A stretch of 64,000 bases of DNA from Camelus dromedarius. Lineage: Eukaryota. The position numbers and the translations under genes are program-made. A model generated the notes under the pieces. The model was not told where the DNA came from, did no database searches, and saw nothing but the letters and a program-made list of their open reading frames with translations. Positions 1 to 12,398 of this stretch are shown one piece after another. The DNA lies in assembly GCF_036321535.1 (NCBI RefSeq), contig NC_087436.1:114020001-114084000 (forward strand), read 5' to 3'. Position 1 is the stretch's first letter. Each line of letters starts with the position of its first letter.

Positions 1-292
1 TTTTTTTTTTCAGATTCTGCATATAAGTGATACCATAGGGTGTTTTTCTTTCTCTTTCTGACTTACTTCATTCAGAATGACATTCTCCAAGGCTATCCAT
101 GTTGCCACAAATGGCATTATTTTATTATTTTTTATGGATGAGTAATATTCCATTGTATAAATATACTACAACTTCTTTATCCAGTCATCTGTCAATGAAT
201 GTTAGGTTGTTTCCATGTCTTAGTGATTGCAAAAAGTCCTGCTATGAACATTGGGGAACATGTATCTTTTTGAATTAAGGTTCCCTCTGGAT
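1..292 (-). mobile_element. LINE-1 fragment (end of ORF2 into 3' UTR), younger lineage family, runs off window edge
   Basis: Reverse complement aligns by eye to the L1 at about 60430-60720 of this window (atgttcatagcag...ggataaagaag...gtcattctgaatgaagtaagtcagaaagagaaagaaaaa). Confidence 0.9.
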
Positions 293-509
293 CACTCATC
301 CTACTTTAAATGGCAAAACTATATAAAATCTGTTCAGTGTGACCCCACCGTTTTCAATAATAAAGTTCAAACTGAAAAAGTAGATATTACTTACATTTAA
401 ATTAAAACCATTTTAATTCAAACTTAGCCTTTCCTGTCCCCAATCAGATCTGATGATCATAACAAATTAATACGTTAGGAAGATGTATAAGAAAGCGCAA
501 GAGATACAT

Positions 510-900
510 TGGTGCCCATTAGATCTGAGTTCAAATCCTAAACCAAGAGGCTTTGGAAAGTAACCAATATGAATGTCATAAGTAAAACAGGGGTAACCTT
601 GCATGTTTATTGTGAGGTTTAAATGGGATAACAAATGGAAAATCATTTTTGAGCACTTATGTGTGTTGACTTACTGTGTTCTTACTGTGGATGCATACTA
701 AGTACTTGATAAGTATTCATTTATATAATCCTTATAACAACCCTTTGAGTTTGGCACTATTATCATTCATGTTGTTAAAAAGAAAGTACTACTAGCTGTA
801 GGATAACTGAATCCAAGAGAGATTAGAAATTTTACCTAAGTAAGTGTTAATTTCAGGCTTTGAATATATCAGAGCCTATGTTCCAAAATACCATACTATA
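510..900. mobile_element. Two adjacent MIR fragments (+ at about 510-650, - at about 650-900)
   Basis: MIR core motifs 'ctgagttcaaatcc', 'ttgtgaggtttaaatgggataa' and 'aatccttataacaaccctttgag...actattatc'. Confidence 0.55.
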
Positions 901-1009
901 TGACATTTTATCATAATCCTCTGAAATTGATCTAAGAATATGTTTAAGATTTAAGAATTTCCCTGGGTCCACACTATATTAGGTGATTACTCTTTTTTAT
1001 TTACTCCAA

Positions 1010-1975
1010 TTTTATTTAGATTTTTTAGCTATTTTTAATAATATAATGAACATATGGCAACCCAAGATGAAAACACAAACTAGGACCTTGATAATAGCTT
1101 ACACCTCTACAAGGCTCTCTCATCAACCCAGATCACTGTTTCCATTAACATGATGTAAATATCAGTCAGAATCCTGTGTTTATCATTCCCTTGATTTCCT
1201 TTTAGCATGCTGCCTTCTATTTGAGTTGCTAAATGTTATAAGCAAAACACACACATTTTTAAAAATTTAAGTAGTAAGTAATTTTTGAGAGTTACTTTTT
1301 TCTTTAATATTATGGTACTAACCATTCATCTATACTGTTTCTGTAGTTTGAGCCTGCATAATATTCCTGTGTGACTCTATCAGTTTATTCACTTACTCCA
1401 CTGAGGATAGACTTAAAGCTGGTTCTAGGTTTTCATTATAGTATTCATTATAGTATTTATTATAGCACTGCCATAAACATTTTTATATATGGCTTCTGCT
1501 TATGAATAAGTAAGGGTTTTATTTTCAGCATTAGTCTAGGACTGGGTTTTCTGAGTCAAAGTATGACAATTTTAGGAAATAATATCAAGCGATTTTCCAA
1601 GGTGATTCTACCATCTTACATGTCCATAAAAATTATACAAAAAATATTTTTCAACATATTGTATTGTGATTTCATTTAAGTTGCATTAATCCAATAGCTA
1701 TAAAATGATGTCATTGTAATATTGATTTGCTAATAAGGGAGGCTATCCCCCTTCTATTTTTTCATATTTTTACCAAATATGTGTTTGCTCTTCTATGAAA
1801 TGCATTTTTGTGTCTCTTATACATTTTTCTGTTGGGTTATCAATGTTCTTACTGTATAATATTGACATCAATCCTTTATTATTGTAAAAGATATCCCTGT
1901 CTTCTCTAAGTGTATAACTTGGATATTCACTTTCTTCCAAGAGTCTTTTGATAAAAACTTTAATTTTCTTACTTG
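1010..1975 (-). mobile_element. Old L1M-type LINE-1 3' fragment
   Basis: Degenerate antisense L1 motifs: 'gcactgccataaacatttttatatatgg', 'ttttccaaggtgattctaccatcttaca', 'gctcttctatgaaatgcatttttgtgtctctt'. Confidence 0.7.
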
Positions 1976-2049
1976 TAACAGTGTTCACCTCACTAAGTGG
2001 TTTCTCTCTCCTGATTGGACCCAAACTGATACATGAGCATACTAACGTA

Positions 2050-2400
2050 AATGAAGAATTTTACTGTAAAGTGAATTAAATCCAAACTGATCCACATAAT
2101 CAAATTTTTTTTGAAAAAAGGAACAATGGGAAGAGGGAACTGAGATGAGGGCTTAAAATACAAATGCTTACTATAAAGTTTCAATTAGGAGAATATATTG
2201 TATTGATGCAGGTGGGGGACAGAATGGAATAGACTGAACTCCAGAAACAGATCCTTATTCATGTTAAATTTAGTATATAACAGGAGTGATGTGCCACATT
2301 GGAGCTAAATAAAATAAAAGGACTGTTGAATAGTGGTGTTGGGGAAAAAAAAGTGTATCCATAAAAAAAAAATCTTGACTTACACCGTATGCTAAAATTC
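2050..2400 (+). mobile_element. Old LINE-1 ORF2 fragment, sense orientation
   Basis: 'atggaatagactgaactccagaaacagatcc...gactgttgaatagtggtgttggggaaaa...cttacaccgtatgctaaaatt' resembles L1 ORF2. Confidence 0.65.
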
Positions 2401-2586
2401 CATTTGTTCATATATGTATCACTTTACTAAAACTCCTTGTTTCCAGTATTACATTTGTATACCTTCTCTAGTCTCCTGTTTCACCAGCTAAGTCATATTT
2501 AATATTAGTAATCAATACGCATATATGCCATAATAACATTTACTCTACAGGACAAAGAACCAATATAAAGTTTTTATTAGCTGTTT

Positions 2587-2652
2587 TATATATATATGTG
2601 TGTATATATATATACACACACATATATATACACACATATATATATATATATA
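2587..2652. repeat. Compound (TA)n/(TG)n/(CA)n microsatellite
   Basis: Directly visible. Confidence 0.95.
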
Positions 2653-2654
2653 GT

Positions 2655-3150
2655 TCATACTTACAGACTAAAAGACCAGGGATATAATCACAGGCTAGGT
2701 CTGCAAATGTATTAAACACAATTGGAAATGGACTTGGGGCAAACTCCATTTTTGGTTGGCTTCTGTAAGCTCCCAGTCTAACCAGAGAACCATAAGGACA
2801 ATTCTAGATTGTGTCAGCACCAAAGTCATGAAAACCTTGTATCCAAAAGTCTTAAAAATTCAAATATTCCCAGAGCACAGTTTCCTTGGAAGTTAAAAGA
2901 ACTTTTATGAAATTATGAAAGAGATATTTATTATATATCTGTGATGGCATTACAGGGTCTTTGCTTAAAGGATTCTGACTCTGCTTTTAATCATTTGACT
3001 GGGTCTGTGAACCAACATCAGGTGGAAACTGGATGAAAAGCTATAATTTTTCATTTCCTTAGTTGATGTTTGACTTTGTCATTTTCCATTGACTTCCACT
3101 GGTCAAAGTTACACTCACAAAGTTTTAATTTAATTGCACTTCATGGTTGG
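2655..3150 (-). mobile_element. ERVL internal remnant (gag end and protease region)
   Basis: Reverse complement contains 'ccagtttcca...ttcacagacccag...cctttaagcaaagaccctg' and 'aactgtgctctggg...cttttggatacaagg...tgggagcttacagaagccaaccaaaaatggagttt'. This is collinear with the recalled ERVL gag-pro region and includes a decayed LLDTG motif. Confidence 0.6.
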
Positions 3151-3249
3151 GTGGACCCTGAGTCATCCGTCACATCTCAGCAGGAACAGGGAAACCTCAG
3201 AAGAGAAGATGAAACATTTAAAATGTGTTTGTGAGGTGGTATGCTTTTA

Positions 3250-4220
3250 GGTTGTAACTAGTGGTCTAATGGCTACTTGATTACACTGGACCTCTTCCAC
3301 CCTGGAGATAATAATTTGTGTTTTGGGGGAATAGATATTTGAGAATCTTATTCTGGACAGGGATTTACTGCCTACCATGCTCTGACAGCACCATGATTTA
3401 TGGACTTACAGAATTCCAATCTCATCACTTTGGTGCCCCATATAACATCTTTTCCAACTAAGAATCTCATTACATGGCAATTAAATGAAACAATGCTTTT
3501 GCTTATGCAATTTTGCTTATCTTATCATGTAATTCTTTGTTCATAAACATCTGGCCCAATAGAATTGTAGGGCTCATACATAGCCTCCTTCCCTGCTGCC
3601 AAGACTGCTATCTAAAGCTTACTTATAGCACTAGCTGGAAGAGGACACTCACATGTATGAATGTTGTCTTACATGATCTAATATGTGATTTAAACCAATA
3701 ACCATCCCATGGTGTCATTTTCCCCAAAGCCAGATAGGGAACTAGTACTGGAATTAGAAGAAATCATTCTTAGAACCCCATAACTCACTTAGAGAGTTTT
3801 TGAATCCCAATTATTGTATTCTTTAAGCAAAAAATGTTTCCCACAGGGAGAACAGCCAAGTTCCTATTAACTTAAAAGCCAAGAAAATGCACTGGTTATT
3901 TCTGTTCCCCATAGTACTGAACTGAAAGAGAAGGTGATTATTACAAGGGGCTTGATTATATTAATTAAAGAGAAATTAAGATGCTTCTACCCAATGGGAA
4001 AAAGGATAAATCTGATTAGAACCCAATGAGTCATTTCCGTTGCCAATAGTCTTGCTCAATAAAAAATTATGACAATCTATCAAAGATAAATTATTTAGAA
4101 ATAAATATTTGGGCCACCCTACAAGGAATAAGCTGCATCTAAGGGCTTGACAGTGAATAGGAGTAACCTGGAGTCAGTGGTGGGAAAGTAAAATCATGAT
4201 CATCAAGAAGCTTATCAATA
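3250..4220 (+). mobile_element. ERVL internal remnant (integrase core and dUTPase-like region), heavily decayed
   Basis: 'ttgattacactggacctcttccaccctgg...ggaatagata...tatggacttacagaat...ttttccccaaagccag...tttcccacagggagaacagcc...ttcctattaact...tgggccaccctac' is collinear with the recalled ERVL pol 3' region (DYxGPLP motif). Confidence 0.75.
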
Positions 4221-4349
4221 CATAACTTAAGTTGTTGTATTATTTCTTCTACTCCACTCTCATACTACCTTTCTTGAAAACTAAGGCCGATGGTTTATAT
4301 ACATGTATATTCCAGGTGGCAATATCACAGAATTAGCATCACTGCCACC

Positions 4350-4490
4350 AAAGCTAGGACTAGGGTGAGACAAATGAGAGTCCTGAACACAAAACAAAGA
4401 AGTTAACAAACTCTCAGAGTTCTGCAAGTACAGGGTACCATCTGTGCTGAATTATGGTTCCTGCTGTGCCTTTCCTGACTCATACCCTGT
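4350..4490. mobile_element. MER96-like hAT (Tip100) MITE
   Basis: 'gctaggactagggtgagacaaatgag...ctctcagagttctgcaagtacaggg' matches the recalled MER96 left arm; the right arm is degenerate. Confidence 0.6.
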
Positions 4491-4534
4491 GCTTTTTTCT
4501 GTAAGAGTAGATGAATAATATTCTTTGTCTCTTC

Positions 4535-4645
4535 ACATTTGAGCTCTTAAATATGAGCAGCTCTATTTTGTTCAACTTAGAATTTGTAGTGCTTATCATA
4601 GTATCTTGCACATGTAGACAATAATTAAAAGTATTTTTAATGAAT
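4535..4645 (+). mobile_element. L2 3' end fragment
   Basis: 'tgagctctt...ttttgttca...gtagtgcttatcatagtatcttgcacatgtagaca...taatgaat'. Confidence 0.55.
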
Positions 4646-5204
4646 TTATGTGGTTTTGAAATATAATTTTTAATGTTATGTCTTTATACAGGTTATATTA
4701 CACAAATGTTCACAAACCAAGACCAGTACTATTTTCCTTTTCTTGAAAGGATAACTTGGAATGATAAGCTGATAAGCAAAAAAACTGAAGCTAAAATATG
4801 AATAAAACATCATAGAAGGAATACATCATAAAAATAGGCAAATACTGGGAAATATTGATAGTAAGACTTAGATTTTAGGACCAAACATCTTATTTGTTAG
4901 TTCTAAGAACTCAGACAAGTCATTTGATCTCACTGTTTCCTCTTATTTATAAAATAAGGTATGTTATGTAGGATATTGATCTTACAGAGCTGTTTTTTTA
5001 ATTAAGTTTTAAGTATATGAGAACATTAGCTATAAGTTTTAAAATTATATAAAATTGTAAAGGATTCATATTTAGTAAATTCACTGCTTGTTTTAACATG
5101 GTACTAATCACAGATGATCCAATGTGATAGATAATTTTGCATATGTCAATCTTCTCTTTATAATAAGAGTACCCGTTGTCAGTGAGATTGTATCTTTTAT
5201 TTAT

Positions 5205-5310
5205 CTTCCCTTTTCTCTCCTTCCCTCCCTCCTCCTCCTCCTTCTTCTCCTTCTTCTTCATCTCTCTCTCTCTCTCCACCCCCATCCCCCTCTCCCTCTC
5301 CCTCTCTCTC
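5205..5310. repeat. CT-rich low-complexity tract
   Basis: Directly visible (CCT/CTT/CT units). Confidence 0.9.
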
Positions 5311-6619
5311 AGCATCTTTCCCCAGAACGTACCACAGGTTAAATGATTAATAATACCTCTTGATTGAATTAACTTTGACAAAGGCCCACTTACTTGGTAT
5401 TTTCCTGCTAAGAATTGTACATATTTCTTTTTACCTGACAAATCCTGGTACTGCAAAATAAGTGTCCAAAATTAAAGAATGTAAACAATAAAGCTAAATA
5501 AGTGCAACTAGGTTGATAAGACATGGTATCAAACTATACTTTGTGTGGTATTCATGAGGCAAGCTTGTGGCAGTACACAGTTAGAATTTGTGTTAGAGGA
5601 AAATAGGATTGAGCAAAGAGAAAGGAAGAATGACACAAGTGAGGAAAATTGGTCTAACGTAACTAAATGTGAAGGCAGTGATGCAGTCTGTGGTGCTGTC
5701 CATGGTACTGACTTTTTAAACTTTGGGAAACGAGTAACTCCTGTTCAGTTTTTCCTAAAATTTCTTAACCAGATAAGATGAGAGACCAAAAATAGAATAC
5801 AGAAGAGAGACAAATCACAAATAAAATGGATAGAAGTTATTGGTAATGCAAAATATTGATTATTTTATTCTATCAATTAGAAAAAGTTAAATAAAATAAA
5901 AAGAAAGATCTTTATTTGATCATCATTATTAAGAAATCCAAAATTACTGAGGAAGGAACAATATATCATTATTGGATTGTCAAAGCAACTATAGAATTAG
6001 AAATACATGAGCCAGGGATATAAAATCTGTGCTAGTGTTGATATAATCAACTTACTAGGATGCCAAGTCTGAAGCTATATCATCAATGGTAATAGTTTTA
6101 TTCTGTCTTTATTTCCTATCTTAGTAAAAAAAAAAAAAAAAACAACAACAACAAAAAAAAGATTCATTTTTCTATTTTATTGCAGAATGAATTGAATCAT
6201 GATATATTTTGTAATATATGTCACTGATTTTGCACTAGTTTGATGGTTTTATTACATTCTTGATTATTATATTTTCAAATCTATCATTAGCCTATGATTG
6301 GGTAGGGGAATGTTAGAAATCCTGCCTTTTTTTTTCTCCACCTCCTGCCTGATGTTTGTGTGAGAGTTGTTAGCAATAAATTGTCTCTTATTATTATCTG
6401 CCTGGTTTCCTCAAGTTAAAAGTCTGTTCATTCTCCAAGATCCAGTCAAAATATTATCTTAAAATGTACCAGTCAGAATCACTCTTTTTTTCTTTGGTAA
6501 TGCTACTGCACTACTATAGTTTTTGGATAGCCTGGAGAATTATAGAATGCAATTATGAAATGTTACTGACTAAGAGAAAGTGTGGATTATGGAATTAAAA
6601 GGATTTAACTTTAAAGTTT

Positions 6620-6995
6620 ATTTTTATTTATTAACCAAATACTTACTGAAGTCTTATTAGGACTAGGCACTTTTCTAAGCATTGGGACAGTAAGCAGAAT
6701 AGAAAAAAAATTGCTTTCATAGAACCAAATTTCTTGTCAGTAAAATAGTCATGTACATGAAAAACAAAAAACTTTCAGACCGTGAAAAATATTATGATGT
6801 TAGTAAACCATAGTTCTAGTCTAGAGAGGAGTCCCCAGACATGAGGAATTCTTTGCTAAGGTGATTAGGGAGGGCTTCTCTGAGAAGGAACTCTCTCCCT
6901 CTCTCTCCCTGAGACATGAATAATGTGAAGAAGTTGGTGATGCAAAAATTGCAGATAATAAGGAGAAGAACCAGGAAAAGGAGAAGGAGCAAGAT
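6620..6995 (-). mobile_element. L2 fragment
   Basis: 'aaatacttactgaag...ctaggcacttttctaagcattgggaca...tagggagggcttctctgagaagg...ctgagacatgaataatg'. Confidence 0.7.
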
Positions 6996-7589
6996 AACAA
7001 TTATAATAACCAACACCTTATGTCTTCTAGCCATTTGTTCAAAATTTAAAAATTCTGTGAACTAGGTATTAGAACTGCAATTTAGAGAGAAGGTGAATTT
7101 TCAAAGACTGAAAACTCAGCATGAGTCAAAAAGGACAACAGGGCTACTTAAAAAGCTGCTTTGGTCTCAGGAGGCTGATGGTCAGGAAAGGGAGTTAATG
7201 TTCTAGGTCTTATAATGTTTATCACTGGTAACCAAATCTTTCTTTATAACCAGTCATTTATAGGTGATTTTTGCATAAAGGATAAAGATTAAGAAAGAAA
7301 TGCAAAAATATCAAGAATCATTCAAGATATAAAGAAAATTATTATACATTATTTAGGGCTGAATATACATGTATATATCTTTTTTTAAATGTGTCTGTGG
7401 GTATTTTATGTACAAAAAGGCATTGAGTTCAGGTACTGTAAAATATAATTGAATAGGAAAGCAAAAAGTATTAAATAAATAGAATGAAGAAATTTACAAT
7501 GATGGATATAATAAATGTCTTTAAATAATACACAAAAAATTTAGAACAAAGGATGATACATATAAAAATAAAGTCAAGTCAGAAAGGAT

Positions 7590-7648
7590 TAGAGAGAGAG
7601 AAGGAGAAAGAGAGAGAGAGAGAGAGATAGTGTGTGTGTGTGTGTGTA
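7590..7648. repeat. (GA)n(GT)n compound microsatellite
   Basis: Directly visible. Confidence 0.95.
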
Positions 7649-8699
7649 TAAACAGCCATTTATATATGTGAGTGTGCATTCCAAGGAATTATCTGTCTGA
7701 AACTGTCTGCAAATAAATGATGCTGAACAGATAACCTTAGCCAGTTACCTATATGTATACTTTAGTTTTCTGTCAGTCTTGAATAATTCTCTCCAAGATC
7801 TAAGAAAAGTTATTTTCAAATTCTGAAGTTTGCCAAGGTTTCTTTTTTAAAAATTGCTTCTCCTGTGTGTCATTATTTTAGGATTTCATTTCTCAAAAGG
7901 GCTCTCTGCTTAGCTTTTCAGTTCCTGGTGGCTATTACCTCTGCTTGTCAACAGCTAAGTGTTTAATACACAGATATATATTTTTGAGGTTTTTTTGCAT
8001 AGATTTATAAGTTGTTGGAAAAAAAAAAGCTTTTTTCCTTTTGTTTCTGAGGTGTGTAAGAATGAAAGGTTTTCTTGTGTGTTTGTTGATTGTTTTTTTA
8101 TAGTTGAACTGCTTGAAGATGATTTTTTCTTTTCTATGGATTTTATTCTCAATTTTGAGCCATTGGGTTTTAAATCATATAAAACTATGATTTTGTAGCC
8201 TACTTTCATATAAAAATGTGAATATAAGGTCAGTAAGTTATGCTTTATTATACTTCCTAGGATGGCAAAATCCAGAATAAACAAAGTTCCTCAATAATAT
8301 TTGAAATTCAGGATTATGTAGTAATTCCACTGACTGATGTGGGTGGCCCACGTGATTCTCTCAGAAGTAAAAAATCTTAAATTTACCATGTGTTAAGTGA
8401 CACCTATCACTAGTATGCATTCCACACACAGTAGGAACACAGATTTTATCATCATCCACAATCCAAAATGTGTCTACAAATAACACTTTCAGATTTGTCT
8501 CTCTATTTCTGAATCTATTATGTTAGGAACAGGCATAGAGATGATCTCAGGAAAAGAAAAGAAGGTACTCTTCAGCTGCAAGGATTGCTATTTTAGACTT
8601 CAAGAAACACTCTTAAAAGGATGCACAAGAAAGGCTTATAATAAAGAAGACTGTGGGAAAAAATATCAACGTTTGTACTGAGTGTGTCCCATGACTATT

Positions 8700-9120
8700 C
8701 CTATTTCAGTCGGGCTAGACTAAGGTAGATAATAAGCACAACTGATTCCAAAATCTCAATATTGAAAACAAGAAACATGCATTTCTTACTCATGCTACAT
8801 ATCCACTGCAGGTCATTAGGGGAAGGGTGTGGGTGGGGGCTCTTCTCATTAAAATCACTCAGAAATCCGACCTGATGAAGCAGTCACCATCTCACACATT
8901 ACCAGTCAACATATCAGAAAGAATGAGAGACTGAAGGGTCTCACACTAGTAATTGAATACTTGTTCCTTAGCACCTTTGCTCACAATTCATTGGCCAGAA
9001 ATATTCATATAGCTCGACCTAAAACTATTCATATAGCTCTTCCTAACTTCAAAGGCACCAGAAGTTCCCATGTGACCAGAAAGAAGAGAGCCAAAAATAC
9101 CCAGAAATCAGAACTAGAGA
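8700..9120 (-). mobile_element. Old MaLR LTR (MLT1J/K/L-like)
   Basis: 'atttcttactcatgctacat...tttgctcacaattcattggccagaa...cctaacttcaaagg...ccatgtgaccagaaag'. Confidence 0.6.
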
Positions 9121-9559
9121 CCATCACCACTTCTAGGCTTCACTTTTGTGAACACTTCACTTTTTACCTATAAATAAACTCTCTGATTTGTAATAAGCTT
9201 TTGTGTGGCAAGCACTGATTTCCCCAAATGGAAGGAAGTGTATTTTCTTTGTTAATATTTATATTTAGCAACAGAATATAAGACATCTGTGCTAGGATAC
9301 TTGTCTTTATTGTCTATTCTATCCAGAGTCTGATCCAATTATCAGTGATATTAGCAGAACCAAAAAAAAAAAAAAGCTTTCATAATTATGTAAAGCTAAT
9401 CCCTTGATTGTCACTGCTGCCTGCTACCAATCTGAACGATGACATGCACTTAGAGAGAAAAGAGGAATTTAGTCTTTGTCCTGAGAGCTGACACTGCGAT
9501 ACTCCCTGAGCCCCAGAAAAACCTCCTCTTCCTCTGAATGCCCTTCCCTGGGGCTGGTT

Positions 9560-10480
9560 GTGTGATGCTGTACGAGGTTTGAGTGAATTTCATTCCTGTC
9601 TGTATCACTTACTACCTATGAAATCTTGAGCGAAATGTTTTACATCTCTCTACCTATTCTTTCTCTCTGCAAAACTGGAATATACAGAACACTTCATACA
9701 AAGAAGACCTGCACTAGAATTGTATATTGTTCCTTCATCTCTTCCTTCCTTATCTTTTCTCCCACTCCCACAATACTGAATCTATATTTTAAAATTTAAT
9801 TTTAATTTAATTTTATTAACTTTTGCACATGTAAACATGAAATTCCGTTGAACCAGAAGTAATGTGTACCATGTATGAAAGCACTTGCAATCCTGTATCA
9901 GATACTCTATGAAGTGGGAATCCACTTCACAAGTGAGGCAACTGATATTCCAGAGTAGGTGAATAATACCTGCTCTTCTCTATTTCACAAGGTGAGTGGA
10001 ATGACGAAATTCAAAAATATAAGTTATATTTTGCCATAGTGCTTGTAAATGGTAATGTACTATTTCCTTACAAATTGTAAGCTGCTTGCAGGTGAGAACA
10101 ATGTCTGTTTTATGTCTTCCTTTATAATGTCAACTCCTGTGCTTGGCAATGGTAGGAGCTCAAGAAATAGTTGTTACCATTCAGCCTCTGAAAGCCCTTC
10201 CTTATGCTCAAGAAAACCTATGAGATGAAGACACATACAACTATGTGCACATGGACAACAATTCTGGACAGCCAATGTGATCAGGGAAAATCACAATCTC
10301 TAGTCACATACACACCTGTGCTCAAATTCTAGTTCTACCTCTAAAATCTAAGTGTTCTGAGCAAAGAATCTGATTTCAGATGTAGAAGGATAAATACAGT
10401 GGTGCATATAAAATGTTTTGCAAGTTCCTGGTGCATAGTAGGACCTCAATAATGGTAGAACTTATACCATTATTTTTAAT
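9560..10480. mobile_element. Cluster of MIR and L2 fragments
   Basis: MIR cores at about 9570-9690, 9890-10060 and 10300-10460; L2 3' end 'attgtaagctgcttgcagg...gtgcttggcaatggtaggagctcaagaaatagttgtt' at about 10070-10180. Confidence 0.55.
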
Positions 10481-11309
10481 TGCTTAATATATGTGAAAGG
10501 GATAAAAATAATGCATTAAAACAAAACTTTCATAAATGATGACAGAGCTGCAGTTACACGATGTATTAGAATTAGTGGCTATTTCCCATCTTCCTGACCC
10601 AGGATGTCTATATTCTTGCATTTGCTGGGTAAGTATTGATAGTTTTTATATTTTTAGCTCAGATGGCTGAGGAGGAAAGATTTATACAATTGTCATAACT
10701 GAAATGTATTCATAGAGATTAAGGAAACTACTTGTAAATCCACTTGACTTCCATCAGCCAAGAAAACCTCAAGCAGGAAAGGAGAAAAGGCCTCATTCTG
10801 GGGCATCCACTTTGTACGGTAATGACTGTGCACAGTAATGGATCAATTCCTGTGGAAATCCATTCTACACTAACCTGGTTCAGATCCTTCTAAAAATCTG
10901 TATCACCTACGTTTGTCCTTCAGCTTCCCCACTTCAGTGAGTCCTCTCTCTTCTGAAGGAGAGATGGCAGCCTCACGGAGTGGGAAAGAAGTGCTAAAGA
11001 TTTTTCGGATCATGCTTCTGCCTGTGGGTGGATGTTGCACTGAAATCATCTATCCAAAATTCAAACTGTCTAGGCTGATTGTAAATGAGGCTATTTATTC
11101 TCCAGTTAGCTTTATTTCTGTGTTTGTTGATTTTGTTGGCTGACAGTGAAAAGCATTAAGCGTTAAGGTAAGACAACTCAAACATTAGGTCAGGACAGCT
11201 GAGTGGGTGACTTTGCCATGTAGGATTTCAACACGGGGACTGGAGAGCCCAAAGCAAATTTCCCAGGAGCAGCCCCTCCATTTGTGTCCAGGTGAGAGGA
11301 AGTTGTAGT

Positions 11310-12020
11310 AAAGATGCAAGATTCAGAGGCAAGCACAGAGATTCTGGAGTCAACATGTCCCAGTATCAGTCCTGGTTTTGCCCGTTGTCACATCTATGAC
11401 TGGAAAAGTCTATCTCTGTGAGTTCCTGGGCTATAACCTTGCTAAGGGAAGTGACTTTGTCTAAATTATTTATTACTGATTCCTCCTAAACTCACACCTT
11501 TCTTGTTACATAATGATGCTGATTAGCTACTTTTCAATGTCAGAGATAAATGAATAAGTGAACCTCAATTTTCCCCTCTGTAATATGGATTCATATGCAT
11601 CCGTCCCTTATAGGAAATAAGAGAGGAGAAGTATACTCTGTAAGGCACCCTTAACAAATGAAAAGAAAGAATAGAAAAGCAATGTGCCAGATGAGGATTA
11701 CGTGACTTGTAGAAAGATAGCTCATGCAGTTTGCTTTGGTGGTTAGGGAGGCGTTACACAGAGTTGTTTGATAAATGCTGATGGTTTGGGCAGAGTGTTG
11801 CACTGTAAACAGTAGGCTTACTGTTCTTCCACCTACACATTAAACTTCAATTACATCATCTTTCAATTGCCCATCTTTCAAGTGGGGATGATAATGGCAT
11901 CTTTCTTATAAGTTTGTTAGAATAATTCTTCTTTAAAAAAGAATTTAAGTGAGGGACTTTGAATAGTGACTACACATTCATGTAGTAAGCTTTCAATAAA
12001 TATGAGTTATTATTATTATT
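11310..12020 (+). mobile_element. Cluster of MIR fragments
   Basis: 'attctggagtcaac...', 'aacctcaattttcccctctgtaatatgg' and 'gggatgataatggcatct...aagctttcaataaatatgagttattatt'. Confidence 0.55.
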
Positions 12021-12029
12021 GTTATCATC

Positions 12030-12398
12030 CCAAGCTTCAGGGACTGTCCTGGCAGACAGCCTCACCCATCAGTATCTTATAGGAATTGCCTCTGCTAACA
12101 AAGGCTCCTGCCCGAACTCACATGACCTCCCTGGGACTGTCTGCACATATGACTGCTTAATGTGAAGGTTTAAACTGGTCTTGGATCCCTCATTCTCAAC
12201 ACAGAATAATTCTGAAGTCATCTCAGCCTCAGAAGTTTCACTGAGTCTTCTGATAAGACTGTGTTGCAACTTCTCCACTGCCAAATCCTTCTTTCCTTTC
12301 CCTGCCACAGATGTGGATACTAAGAGCACTCCCTGATAAAACCTCCTGCCTGCTAATCTCCACTTCAGCATTTTTCCCAGAGAACACAATCTATGGCA
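12030..12398 (+). mobile_element. LTR16-family ERVL solo LTR
   Basis: 3' end 'ccacagatgtggatactaagagcactccctgataaaacctcctgcctgctaatctccacttcagc...cccagagaacacaatctatggca' matches the recalled LTR16 terminus. Confidence 0.7.

Noticed and set aside
4998..5456. 152-aa ORF and the overlapping 72-aa ORF
   Set aside because: Openness is caused by the CT/GA low-complexity tract; no domain or exon structure.
8999..9050. Short tandem duplication (tattcatatagctc x2); similar ones at about 1432-1467, 25563-25600 and 51375-51405
   Set aside because: Ordinary slippage-type micro-duplications with no repeat-spacer array structure.
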